This document shows, piece after piece, positions 14,768 to 23,910 of a stretch of 25,365 nucleotides of DNA. Within the stretch, counting starts at the first letter, position 1. Every line of letters starts with the position of its first letter. The notes under the pieces are model-generated. The model searched no databases. It worked only from the letters and a program-made list of their open reading frames with translations, and had not been told where the DNA came from. Source of the stretch: Pseudomonadota bacterium (GTDB lineage Bacteria; Bdellovibrionota; FAC87; UBA2466); contig JAYSWN010000143.1 of the NCBI GenBank assembly GCA_043718025.1, forward strand, positions 1 to 25,365, given 5' to 3'. The translations under genes and the position numbers were made by a program.

Positions 14768-16801
14768 ATGCCGCACCCCTTTGCCTGCCTTTTTGCCCTG
14801 TTTTGCGCCGTTTTGCTGGGCGTAAACCCCGCCAATGCCGCTTCTGCCGGGGCTAATTATGAGTTTGCCACGGGTAAAGTTGAGCTGATTTCCGAAACCC
14901 CAACGTGGACCGTCGGACTGCCGTTACGCGTTGGATTAAAATTTGACCTCAATCCCCATTGGCACATCTACTGGAGAAACTCGGGCGACTCGGGCTCGGC
15001 CCCAAAATGGAAATGGACGATCGAAAACGGAACGCTGGGGGCAGAACAATGGCCGCTGCCCAAACGCATACCGGTGGCGGGGTTGATTAATCTCGCCTAC
15101 GAAAAATCAACGCTGATTAACTTTGCGATCTCTCCCAATCAACCGAACCAGCCGCTAATTGCCGCGGTTAAATTAGAATTTTTGGTGTGTAAGATCGAAT
15201 GCGTGCCCTACTTTACCGATTTGGCGCTCGAGGTGCCTTACGCGGCGCAAAAAGCCACCCCGCGTGCGCTGTTTTCAGAGCAGGTTTTCCCTACACCCGC
15301 TCCCGCCGATTTTAACTGGCAGATCTTAGGGCGTGAGGGCGATTTTTTGCGCACCGAACTGTCATTGCCCAAAGCGCTGCGCGACGGGCTTAAGTACTTT
15401 GAAGTGTTTCCCTACGAGGGAGAGTTCTTTAAACCCTTGGCGCCGGAGATGGAGCGAAAGGGGGATAAGCTAATGGTTAAGCTTGCTCTTCAAGACACCA
15501 AACAGCCATCGTTTACCGGCTCAAAATTTTTGTTGGTGCTAGAGCCCGAGGGGGCCAAACGCCAGAGTTTTGATATCGTTCTCGCCGCCGCAAAAAACGC
15601 TTCGTTCGCCCTGGTTTTTTTATGGGCGCTGCTCGGGGGGCTAATTCTTAATGTGATGCCGTGCGTGTTTCCGGTGCTCTCGATCAAGATTTTGAGTTTT
15701 CTGGGGCCCAAGCGCGACGCCGCGAAGTTAAAGCGCTCGGGCCTTTATTACACCGCCGGAGTGGTGGTCTCTTTTATGGCGTTGGGCGGAGCGCTACTCG
15801 CGTTTCGCGCCGCCGGTGAACAGATTGGCTGGGGTTTTCAACTGCAGTCGCCCACCATCGCCGCGGCAATTGGGTTGCTGTTTTTTTGGATGGGTCTCAA
15901 TTTTTTAGGCGCTTTTGAAATTGGCAATTCTCTTGTCGGGGTGGGTGGCACGTCGAATGACTCTTCACCCTGGGGTTCGTTTTTAACCGGTGTGCTGGCC
16001 ACGATTGTGGCCACACCCTGCACCGCCCCCTTTATGGGTGCGGCACTGGGGGCGGCGCTTACCATGCCCACTCTCCACACCATGGGCATTTTCTTTGGCT
16101 TAGGGGTAGGCATGGCGTTGCCCTTTTTACTGCTTGCTTACTACCCGCGCTTCTTAAAAACTCTGCCTCGTCCCGGTGCTTGGATGCTGACGATGAAAGA
16201 GTTTTTAGCGTTTCCCCTCTTTGCTACGGTGCTTTGGTTACTGTGGGTGTTGTCGCAGCAGATTGCCGTAGACGGCATACTGTTCGTATTGGCGCTGCTA
16301 TTTTTAGTGTCGCTGTGGGTATGGCTATCGGTGCGGATTCGCAACCTGCCGACGCGGCAGGTCTTTTTATTAATTGGCTTTGTAACATCTTTCGCCTGTC
16401 TTACGTCTTTGCCCAGAGACAAGGCGATGGCCGCACCGGGCGCCGCATCGTTGTGGAATAAGTATAGCGAGGCTGGTCTCGCCGCCGAGCGGGAAGCAGG
16501 TCACGCGGTGTTTATCGATTTTACGGCGGCTTGGTGTATCACCTGCCAGGTGAATAAAAAGCTGGTTTTGAACACCGAACCTATTCAGAATTTGTTTCGC
16601 AAGAATGGGGTTACGCTCTTTAAAGCCGATTGGACCGATCAAGACCCGGTGGTAACCCAAGCGTTAGCGAGCTTCGGAAGAAACTCATTACCGCTTTACG
16701 TGTATTATGCGCCTAACTCGCAAAAAGCCGAAATATTGCCCGAGGTACTAACCACGGCAATTGTAGAAGATCTTTTTAACAAACAGGAGAACCGCAAATG
16801 A
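14768..16801 (+). CDS. dsbD: Thiol:disulfide interchange protein DsbD, ScsB-type
   Basis: Signal peptide; N-domain WHIYWRNSGDSG and CKIEC; transmembrane domain LNVMPCVFPVL and ATPCTAPF; thioredoxin domain DFTAAWCITCQVN. Confidence 0.92.
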   Translation: MPHPFACLFALFCAVLLGVNPANAASAGANYEFATGKVELISETPTWTVGLPLRVGLKFDLNPHWHIYWRNSGDSGSAPKWKWTIENGTLGAEQWPLPKRIPVAGLINLAYEKSTLINFAISPNQPNQPLIAAVKLEFLVCKIECVPYFTDLALEVPYAAQKATPRALFSEQVFPTPAPADFNWQILGREGDFLRTELSLPKALRDGLKYFEVFPYEGEFFKPLAPEMERKGDKLMVKLALQDTKQPSFTGSKFLLVLEPEGAKRQSFDIVLAAAKNASFALVFLWALLGGLILNVMPCVFPVLSIKILSFLGPKRDAAKLKRSGLYYTAGVVVSFMALGGALLAFRAAGEQIGWGFQLQSPTIAAAIGLLFFWMGLNFLGAFEIGNSLVGVGGTSNDSSPWGSFLTGVLATIVATPCTAPFMGAALGAALTMPTLHTMGIFFGLGVGMALPFLLLAYYPRFLKTLPRPGAWMLTMKEFLAFPLFATVLWLLWVLSQQIAVDGILFVLALLFLVSLWVWLSVRIRNLPTRQVFLLIGFVTSFACLTSLPRDKAMAAPGAASLWNKYSEAGLAAEREAGHAVFIDFTAAWCITCQVNKKLVLNTEPIQNLFRKNGVTLFKADWTDQDPVVTQALASFGRNSLPLYVYYAPNSQKAEILPEVLTTAIVEDLFNKQENRK

Positions 16802-17394
16802 AGCATCTATTAACCATAGCCGTAATGACCGCACTTAGCAGTTGGGCCGTAGCCGCCGTGAAGGTGGGAACCCCCGCCCCCGACTTTTCGGTGGCCGACG
16901 CTAACGGCACAGTTCATAAATTGGCCAACTTCAAAGGCAAAAATGTAGTGATCGAGTGGTACAACAAAGATTGTCCGTTCGTTCGCAAACATTATGATTC
17001 AAAAAACATGCAAAAGATTCAGGCCGACGCCGCCGCCAAGGGTTTTGTGTGGTTGACCGTAGTCTCTTCACTCGAAGGCAAACAGGGGCATTTAACCGCC
17101 ACCGATGCAAAAGCTCAGTACGAAAAAGAAGGCTCGAAGGCCACCGCCATTTTGCTAGACAATAACGCGGCAATGGGCAAAGCGTACGAAGCCAAAACCA
17201 CCCCTCACATGTATTTGGTAGATGCTAAAGGCGTGCTTCGTTACAACGGCGCGATTGATAGCAACGACTCGGCCGATTCTAAAACCATTACCGGCGCCGA
17301 AAATTACGTGGTGGCCGCAATGACCGCCGTTGCGAAAAATGAAAAAGTGGCCAAAGAGACCACCAAGCCGTACGGCTGTGGCGTGAAATTTTAG
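16798..17394 (+). CDS. Periplasmic redoxin / peroxiredoxin-like (AhpC/TSA, PrxL-type) protein
   Basis: Signal peptide, GTPAPDF, EWYNKDCPFV, AKTTPHMY, YNGAID and C-terminal PYGCGVK; 4-nt overlap with dsbD. Confidence 0.88.
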   Translation: MKHLLTIAVMTALSSWAVAAVKVGTPAPDFSVADANGTVHKLANFKGKNVVIEWYNKDCPFVRKHYDSKNMQKIQADAAAKGFVWLTVVSSLEGKQGHLTATDAKAQYEKEGSKATAILLDNNAAMGKAYEAKTTPHMYLVDAKGVLRYNGAIDSNDSADSKTITGAENYVVAAMTAVAKNEKVAKETTKPYGCGVKF

Positions 17395-17416
17395 CGCTTA
17401 TTTAATTTCATAAGTG

Positions 17417-17448
17417 AAGGAGAGTTGCGCTGCAGCTCTCCTTTTTTT
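17417..17448 (+). terminator. Rho-independent terminator
   Basis: AAGGAGAGTTGC-gct-GCAGCTCTCCTT followed by a T run, just after the redoxin gene. Confidence 0.85.
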
Positions 17449-17857
17449 ATTTAGGCATCGGGGTGCCGCACTTGGCGCAGATCCAACGGGTGCGGCCCGC
17501 CAACGCAAAGCCCAAAGTTAATATTTGAATGGCCAGGCCAAAGAGGTGGCGATCGCGTTTGAAATCGGTTGAACCGCATTTTGCGCAGGGCGCTTCTTCT
17601 TCGGTGGGCTGAACGAGCTCGAGTGGCGGCATTGCCCGGCCCAGTATTTTTAACGCCGCTCCCGCATCCTGTTCGTCTACTTGAACTTTCACTCCGCCGA
17701 CCGCGTTGGAATAAAGAAAATTCATCGACACAATGTTTTCATCGGCGAGAAAGGCTTCGATGCCCTCGGCTTCTAATTTGCCTTTGAGCACGTGAGCCTC
17801 GAGGGGCTGACTAACGGTGGCAACGGTGATTAAACGGTTCGGCATAGTAAAAAGCAT
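17447..17857 (-). CDS. DUF2007 (putative signal-transducing) domain protein with C-terminal zinc ribbon
   Basis: EAHVLKGKLEAEGIEAFLADEN...GGVKVQV..QD...AL.IL, then CAKC...hydrophobic segment...CAKC. Start may be ATG 17845. Confidence 0.82.
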   Translation of the reverse strand: MLFTMPNRLITVATVSQPLEAHVLKGKLEAEGIEAFLADENIVSMNFLYSNAVGGVKVQVDEQDAGAALKILGRAMPPLELVQPTEEEAPCAKCGSTDFKRDRHLFGLAIQILTLGFALAGRTRWICAKCGTPMPK

Positions 17858-17901
17858 GAAGCAGCATCGAGTTTAGGTCACCATATTCTTTGGCTCGGCT
17901 T

Positions 17902-17930
17902 TTTACACCGTTTGCCGATGCGGTTATAAT
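17902..17930 (+). promoter_or_regulatory. Sigma-70 promoter for the GNAT gene
   Basis: TTTACA-N17-TATAAT, with SD GGAG before GTG 17961. Confidence 0.7.
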
Positions 17931-17960
17931 TCTTAAGTTGTCAAAACTGGAGCAACCACC

Positions 17961-18461
17961 GTGCCCCCAAACCCATTCTACATAAGGCCGGCCACCGTTA
18001 ACGACGTTGCCGCCGTTAAAAAACTGTTATTGGAAACATGGATCGACACCTATTCTCATTTTGTCCCGGTAACCACGCTGAAAGAGATTACTGACGCGTG
18101 GCATGCACCCGAAAAACTGACGCGCGAAATCGCCGGCGGGGCGGCCTGGTTTGTAGCCGAGACCAAAACTGGTGATCTGCTCGGCGTTGCCTCGGCCCAC
18201 GCGGAATCGGTGAAAGAGATAAAGATCGACCGCCTTTACGTGTTGCCTGCCCACCAAGGCAAAGGGGTCGGTAAGGCGTTGTCGTTGGCGGTGCTCAAAG
18301 AATTTCCGGACGCCAAGACTGCCCGCTTAGAAGTGGAAGAGAAGAACCCCAAAGCCCGAAGTTTTTACGGGCGGCTGGGCTACAAAGAGGTTCAGGTGGT
18401 TCGCCAAGACCTAGGGCCCGTAGAGGCTTGGGTCGTGGTGATGCAGAAGAGCCTACCCTGA
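17961..18461 (+). CDS. GNAT family N-acetyltransferase
   Basis: IRPATVND, TWIDTY, RLYVLPAHQGKGVGKAL (acetyl-CoA motif A) and NPKARSFYGRLGY. Confidence 0.92.
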   Translation: MPPNPFYIRPATVNDVAAVKKLLLETWIDTYSHFVPVTTLKEITDAWHAPEKLTREIAGGAAWFVAETKTGDLLGVASAHAESVKEIKIDRLYVLPAHQGKGVGKALSLAVLKEFPDAKTARLEVEEKNPKARSFYGRLGYKEVQVVRQDLGPVEAWVVVMQKSLP

Positions 18462-18532
18462 AATTTTATCGCCCTGTAGACGGGCTCTGCCGCGACAACT
18501 TTTGGCTAATGAAAGGCCCGCCGGATGGAACT

Positions 18533-19363
18533 ATGTTTTTGAAATCAATTTTTCTTTTGCTCCTACTTGCCTTGCCGGCGGTGGCTATAGGCCCTAAGGC
18601 TAGTCCTGCGTGTAGCTTGGCGTTATTGGCCGCGAGAGAGATAGCGCGGGCGAATGGCAACGCCCCTGGTCAGCAGAGTGAGGGGGAGGGCAGTACCGTC
18701 GTTAAACATGTTGATGGGGATAAGCATATTGAAGTGATTGCCCGTGAATCAAATGGAAAGGGTGAGTTCTTCACCAAATACATCTACAAACTGCGCCGCG
18801 ATGGCCAGTACGATGTCGAAAGAACTTCGATTCATGAAAATGGCGCTGGGGTGGAGTTGAGCCCAAAAGAAGTGGTGAGTTACATTGCTAAATCGGCGCC
18901 CGTCTCTTTTGCCGCCGTTCAAAAAGCTGGCCTCGAAAAACAACATCTTGAGCGCTATCGCGCGCGGCTGGAAAAAGAGTTTATTGCCACTTTTGAAATT
19001 CCGGACGCTGATTTTGCGGCAATTAAAAAAGAGCTAGCTGAGGTAAACGCTCGTGAAGCGCGCGGTTGGGGAGATAGCGAAATCCTTTCGGCCGCTACTA
19101 CCGTAGCGCTACAGCGTAAGCCCGAGAAGGTGGTTGCCGATTATCTCATCGCGGGAATTCGGTTCAGCCATCTGTCTAAAGCAGACTTCATGGCTCAATT
19201 CGAAGGGCGCAACCAATTCATGGACACCGTTTTCGACCCCATTCAGGCGAGATACCGGGACTCGATCGGCGTTTTAAACGCCAAACCGCCGTTGCCAATG
19301 GATGTCGCCAAGTGGAAGGCAGGGGTGCTGAGCCAGGTCATTAAGTCAGGGATTTTAAAGTAA
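18533..19363 (+). CDS. Secreted hypothetical protein
   Basis: ATG 18533 gives signal peptide MFLKSIFLLLLLALPAVA; long open frame; no recognisable domain. Confidence 0.65.
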   Translation: MFLKSIFLLLLLALPAVAIGPKASPACSLALLAAREIARANGNAPGQQSEGEGSTVVKHVDGDKHIEVIARESNGKGEFFTKYIYKLRRDGQYDVERTSIHENGAGVELSPKEVVSYIAKSAPVSFAAVQKAGLEKQHLERYRARLEKEFIATFEIPDADFAAIKKELAEVNAREARGWGDSEILSAATTVALQRKPEKVVADYLIAGIRFSHLSKADFMAQFEGRNQFMDTVFDPIQARYRDSIGVLNAKPPLPMDVAKWKAGVLSQVIKSGILK

Positions 19364-19444
19364 AAAGCTCTGAGTGCACGTGATGTGCTACTTATTTCTT
19401 TGTAGAAACGTTCACCCTTCGACTCGGCGTGTTATCAACAAAAC

Positions 19445-20257
19445 TTGAGTACCGCCGTTCAAATCCAAGACCCTAAAGTTCGCGATCTCCGCTGCGTTCT
19501 ACAGAATGAACTCGTTCGAAGAATAAAAGACAATCCGAGGTACTCTCTGCGCGCCTTTGCCCGATCTCTGGAGATTGATCCGTCCCTTTTGTCGAAAGTT
19601 TTAAACGGAAAACGGGGTGCGAGTCGTAAGGTTTTTGAACGGCTGGTAACCCATTTGGGGCTGTCGGGTTCAGAGACGGCGTTGCTTTGTCGTGAGCCAG
19701 CCTCGCAAGCGATCTGGTCAGGGGGAAAAGCAATCGACGGTGGCTACCGCAATGTTAGCGCCGACGAATTTCAAATCATTAGCGACTGGTTTCACTACGC
19801 CATCTTCGAGCTGATGAATGTGAAGAATTACCGCCCATCACCTCGTTGGATGGCCCGAGCGTTAGAGGTTTCGGTTGAACAGGTGCTGGGGGCGCTTAAC
19901 CGAATGGAACGTGCGGGCCTTATCGCTCGTAACGCCAAAGGCTTTAGGGTTCGAACAAACCAAAGTATTACTAACATCGGAAATAATATTTCTGCCGCCC
20001 CCTTTCGGATTTTGCAGAAGCAGATTCTCGAAAAGGCGATTCAGGCGGTTGACGAGGTGGCGCTCGATAAGCGCGATCAGACGTCGATGACGATGGCGAT
20101 TGACCCGGCCTTGCTGCCCGAAGCCAAAGAGGTTATCCGGCGTTTCCGAAGAGACCTCTCGGCCTTTTTACAAAAATCGCCAGATCGTTCCGAAGTTTAT
20201 AATTTGAGTATCTCACTTTATCCCGTTTCCAAATGTTCGGAGGTTCAGACGCCATGA
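19445..20257 (+). CDS. TIGR02147/DUF4423-family protein with N-terminal HTH
   Basis: RIKDNPRYSLRAFARSLEIDPSLLSKVLNGKR, FQIISDWFHYAIFEL, RDQTSMTMAID and VYNLSISLYP. Confidence 0.88.
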   Translation: MSTAVQIQDPKVRDLRCVLQNELVRRIKDNPRYSLRAFARSLEIDPSLLSKVLNGKRGASRKVFERLVTHLGLSGSETALLCREPASQAIWSGGKAIDGGYRNVSADEFQIISDWFHYAIFELMNVKNYRPSPRWMARALEVSVEQVLGALNRMERAGLIARNAKGFRVRTNQSITNIGNNISAAPFRILQKQILEKAIQAVDEVALDKRDQTSMTMAIDPALLPEAKEVIRRFRRDLSAFLQKSPDRSEVYNLSISLYPVSKCSEVQTP

Positions 20258-20625
20258 AAAAATTCTATTTCGTTATTTTCCTTTCCACCTTTTTTCTTTC
20301 AAACCATTTGCGCGCCGAGGGCGCCGAAGGAGCGGGCGGCGGCGACTCTGAATTGGTCCGGGTGCTGGAGGATGCCAAAGCGATTGCTTTATCGTCGCTG
20401 CTTTCGGTACCGGTCGAGCTGCGGTCTAATGATTTTGCAAAGGTTTACAAACAGCTCTTCGAAGCAGCCATCGTCCCCCTTTATCGTAAAAACGCCCCCT
20501 GCGTTACCCTTTCGCAGAATCTTGATTTGGCGATTAACCTTCAGGCCTGTGATGTAACCAAAATGAGCCCCTATTTAGTGGCCGACGAGATCTTAAAGCT
20601 CTACGGGCAAACCGAGACGCGATAA
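20254..20625 (+). CDS. Small secreted hypothetical protein
   Basis: ATG 20254 overlaps the upstream stop (ATGA); signal peptide MKKFYFVIFLSTFFLSNHLRA followed by GAEGAGGGD. Confidence 0.7.
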   Translation: MKKFYFVIFLSTFFLSNHLRAEGAEGAGGGDSELVRVLEDAKAIALSSLLSVPVELRSNDFAKVYKQLFEAAIVPLYRKNAPCVTLSQNLDLAINLQACDVTKMSPYLVADEILKLYGQTETR

Positions 20626-20807
20626 AAACTTCGTTCCAAGGCGATGGCTATGACGGGATGAGTCGCAGATTGTAACGCGAACTATTTACCCGATCCGCAT
20701 GGCCTGTGCCCTTATTACTTCGAAAGATCAGAGTTTAATTTCCCCCGCTATTGCCTCGACGGTACGTTTTTTAGCGTAGCCGTTTAATTTGGGTATTTGG
20801 GGGGATT

Positions 20808-21299
20808 ATGGGGAAATTTTTTTTACTATTGTGTTTGTTTTCTTTTAACACGTTCGCGGCACCGTTTACTTTAGTGGCGGTATCTAACGACGCTTTAAGC
20901 TCAATCTATAAAAGTCTGGAGAAGGCAGGGGTGTTGCGCCTCGATCCTTACGATCCCCGTTTGCCTTACCCACAAGTGCAAGCGCTGGAAGCGTTGTTGA
21001 ATCCTAAAACCGGCGCTATGGCTTACGTTAACGGGGAAAGCGGATTCGGTTTTGGCGCGGTGGTTTTTAAAAATCGCCATGGGGGAAACGTGCACTCTAT
21101 GTCCGCAAGCCCCGACCACATTCAATTTACCACTCCCTACATGGGAAACGTAGCGCACGCCAATCGCTTTAAAACCGTCGAGGGGTGGAACTACCACTTC
21201 TATTGCCAAAGCGTGCCGGTGAATAAAGCCATCTGGGATACCTGTATCCAACGGTTATTCATTAACGTTGTGGTCGGACAATTAATCGGGCCGAGTTAA
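20808..21299 (+). CDS. Secreted hypothetical protein
   Basis: Signal peptide MGKFFLLLCLFSFNTFA, G-rich SD-like run upstream; no known domain recognised. Confidence 0.65.
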   Translation: MGKFFLLLCLFSFNTFAAPFTLVAVSNDALSSIYKSLEKAGVLRLDPYDPRLPYPQVQALEALLNPKTGAMAYVNGESGFGFGAVVFKNRHGGNVHSMSASPDHIQFTTPYMGNVAHANRFKTVEGWNYHFYCQSVPVNKAIWDTCIQRLFINVVVGQLIGPS

Positions 21300-21528
21300 A
21301 CTTCGTTCGGGACTGCGAAAATTCAAAGTTTAAAGCGAGATGCCGCGGTTTGGGATGCCTTAGGGGGCGACTTTGCCGCGGCGTTCTGCATTGCGGATTC
21401 CAGTTTCTAAGGACTTGCACTAAACTGAGGCTTCATCCCATCCCGTGGGTTTAATTTAACGATCCTGTTGTCTAATTCTTTTTACCGGACGGGCGAACCT
21501 TGAGCAGTACCTCATTGAAGGATACGCA

Positions 21529-22317
21529 ATGTTAATCTCGCTCTTGAAACGCTTCACCCTCTTTCAGAACTTTGCGGCCTGGATCTGCTCGCTCATCCCA
21601 CCGGTGGTCGAGCATAATTTGCAGAAGTATTCGGCTTTGCGGAAGGCATTCTTTATTACCGGGTTGGACGGGGTGCAGGGAGATTACTTGGAGTTCGGAG
21701 TGTTCACCGGAAGCTCATTAATCTTTGCCACGAAGATTTCTCGGCGGCTCAATTTAGCTTCGAAGGTTGGTCCGCGATTTTTTGGCTTTGATTCCTTCGA
21801 AGGCTTTGGCGAAGTCGATCCGGTCGATGAGCACCCGTTTTATAATGATTCTGATCCCACCTTCAAAGTTAATTTCGAAAAGGTAAAACGGAACATTCTA
21901 AAAAAGACAAGAGGTTCAGAAATTCACTTGGTGAAGGGATTTTTTTCCAAAACCTTGAAAGAGAAAACTGCCCCCGAGCGTGGCATCAAAGCCGCGAGAG
22001 TTGTCTTGATCGACTGCGACCTAAAAGGCGCGACCACGGAGGCACTTACTTTTCTTTTGCCGGTGTTACAACCCGGAATGATATTGATTCTCGATGATTT
22101 CTACGGCTTTCGAGGCAGCCAGAAGAATGGGGTGGCCGGAGCCTTCAATGCTTTTAAAGAAGCAAACCCCCAACTTAAATTCAGTAAGGTCTTTTCTTAT
22201 GGTTATGGCGGAGTGGCTTTCATGCTTTCGTCGGACACCGAAAATCGTAGCGATTTATCGATAACGAGGGCAACCCACCGGGAACGTCGGCAACTTTTTG
22301 AAAGCCTTCCCCAATAA
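21529..22317 (+). CDS. TylF/MycF/NovP-family (macrocin O-methyltransferase-like) SAM-dependent methyltransferase
   Basis: GDYLEFGVFTGSS, FGFDSFEG, LVKGFF, IDCDL and ILDDF; SD GAAGGA. Confidence 0.88.
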   Translation: MLISLLKRFTLFQNFAAWICSLIPPVVEHNLQKYSALRKAFFITGLDGVQGDYLEFGVFTGSSLIFATKISRRLNLASKVGPRFFGFDSFEGFGEVDPVDEHPFYNDSDPTFKVNFEKVKRNILKKTRGSEIHLVKGFFSKTLKEKTAPERGIKAARVVLIDCDLKGATTEALTFLLPVLQPGMILILDDFYGFRGSQKNGVAGAFNAFKEANPQLKFSKVFSYGYGGVAFMLSSDTENRSDLSITRATHRERRQLFESLPQ

Positions 22318-22334
22318 GAAAACTCCTTAACGTT

Positions 22335-23705
22335 TCAATGCTGTAACCAAAGTTGCACCACCGCGCCTTCGGTATTGGTGTGGGGCAGTTGCAGTGGAGC
22401 CAATGGGGAAAAATCGGTAACCGGATTCTCATGGATATCCAACTGCAGTAGGTTTAGGTAACCCGCCAGCGGCTCCACATTGTCGACTCGGTTTCTACTC
22501 AAGGATAGGTGCCTTAGTTTCAAGAGCCGATTTGGCCGCAGCTGCCAAATTTCGCTGATTTCATTTTGGTAGAAAATGGCCGATTCGATCTCGGGCATGA
22601 AAGCTAGGCGATCAAGCGAGGTGATTTTATTGTGCGAAAGTTCTAACGATTTGATGCGGGCATTCTCCGGAATTCCGTACAGATTAGTGAGCTGGCACGA
22701 AATCGCGCGAATAGATTCTAACTTGGTCTGCTTGTGCAGCGATAAATAGCCAATGGCATTTCCACTGATATCCAGGGTGCGAAGATTGAGCAGGCCTTGC
22801 AGGGCTTTGGGGTCAGTGATGTGATTTACAGCGAGAAATAGCCTTTGGAGGTCAGTGAGTTTTTTTAGCAGGGAGATATCATGGATGTTGTTTGAGTTAA
22901 GGTTTAGCTCTTTCAACTTCACCAAGCCCGCAATTGGTTCGACATCCATAACGCGATTTGAATACAGATCTAAAGTCTCTAGCTCTTTCAGGTTTTCGAG
23001 GGCGTTAAGGTACTTGATGCTATGTCCGGTAAGTCGCAGCGCGCGAAGGGCAATGAGCGGCCGGACGAATTCGAGATTGCCCAGGCTTTCGCTAGTTCGA
23101 CCCGCGTGAAAAGTAAATTCGACCAACTTTGGTAGTTTTGCCAGCACCGTTAGATCTGAAACCTCGTTACCGGAGATATTGAGGCTTCGTAGCTGTTTCG
23201 CGTGTTCCAAAACTGAAATCTCATTCAGTTCCATATTTACGACCGTGAGATCCTCAAGATTGATGAGAGGTTCAATGAAGTTAATGTGCGAAAGGGGTAC
23301 GTCAGAAAGTGAGAGCTCTCTCAAATTGCTTAACGGCACAAGCGGGTTGGTTAACGCAAATGCTTGCTTTATCGTGGGCCCCTCTAAGGTGAGCCGCTTA
23401 AGGTGGGGCACTGATTCTAATGGCCTAAGGTCGGTGATCGGTTCGACCTCTTCGGTCAAAAACGAATGGGGAATGTGCGCGACAATATATTTGAACTCTA
23501 GGGAGTCCATTTTTCTTAAAGCTCGTTCGCCGGCAGCGCAGTTGTCTGACGTCAGTTTGGCCGGCAGGCCAACTGCGCGCAACATCCTGAATAAGGTGTT
23601 TTTTTGTGCTGATTGATCCGGCGACAAACAAAACTCGGAAAAATTTTTGGCCGGGGCCAGCGTGCTTATCGTGAAAGCAAGGGCGGCAATAATTGTAAGG
23701 TACAT
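22335..23705 (-). CDS. Secreted internalin-like leucine-rich repeat protein
   Basis: Signal peptide, Cys-containing N-cap (FSEFC...NC) and about 14-15 22-aa LRRs (LxxLxxLxLxxNxIxDIxxL); SD AAGGAG. Confidence 0.9.
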   Translation of the reverse strand: MYLTIIAALAFTISTLAPAKNFSEFCLSPDQSAQKNTLFRMLRAVGLPAKLTSDNCAAGERALRKMDSLEFKYIVAHIPHSFLTEEVEPITDLRPLESVPHLKRLTLEGPTIKQAFALTNPLVPLSNLRELSLSDVPLSHINFIEPLINLEDLTVVNMELNEISVLEHAKQLRSLNISGNEVSDLTVLAKLPKLVEFTFHAGRTSESLGNLEFVRPLIALRALRLTGHSIKYLNALENLKELETLDLYSNRVMDVEPIAGLVKLKELNLNSNNIHDISLLKKLTDLQRLFLAVNHITDPKALQGLLNLRTLDISGNAIGYLSLHKQTKLESIRAISCQLTNLYGIPENARIKSLELSHNKITSLDRLAFMPEIESAIFYQNEISEIWQLRPNRLLKLRHLSLSRNRVDNVEPLAGYLNLLQLDIHENPVTDFSPLAPLQLPHTNTEGAVVQLWLQH

Positions 23706-23910
23706 TAGGCACTCCTTTTAAGATCCTAGATTCAGTGTGGACTGCCTCAGGCATAAATAAAAATCGGATTTTGTCATGGTTAAGATAGACAATACTAATG
23801 AAACAAAATCATTCTCCCGGGCGGCGGAGACGAAAGCCAAAACTGGCAGAGTCTTTTGGGGGCTGCAGATGACGCGGCGGCTTCAGCCAATGCCACCACC
23901 CTTCTCGCTA

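Noticed and set aside
14572..14835. 87-aa minus ORF and the Pro-rich TTG-start extension of dsbD
   Set aside because: They overlap the dsbD promoter and signal peptide; the TTG at 14732 is better explained as a -35 box.
18428..18532. ORF-track extension of the secreted hypothetical protein
   Set aside because: It overlaps the GNAT gene, and the signal peptide begins at ATG 18533.
21480..21525. GGGCGAACC resembling the start of a c-di-GMP-I riboswitch
   Set aside because: The GNRA-capped P2 stem and the downstream GCAAAG/P3 elements are missing.
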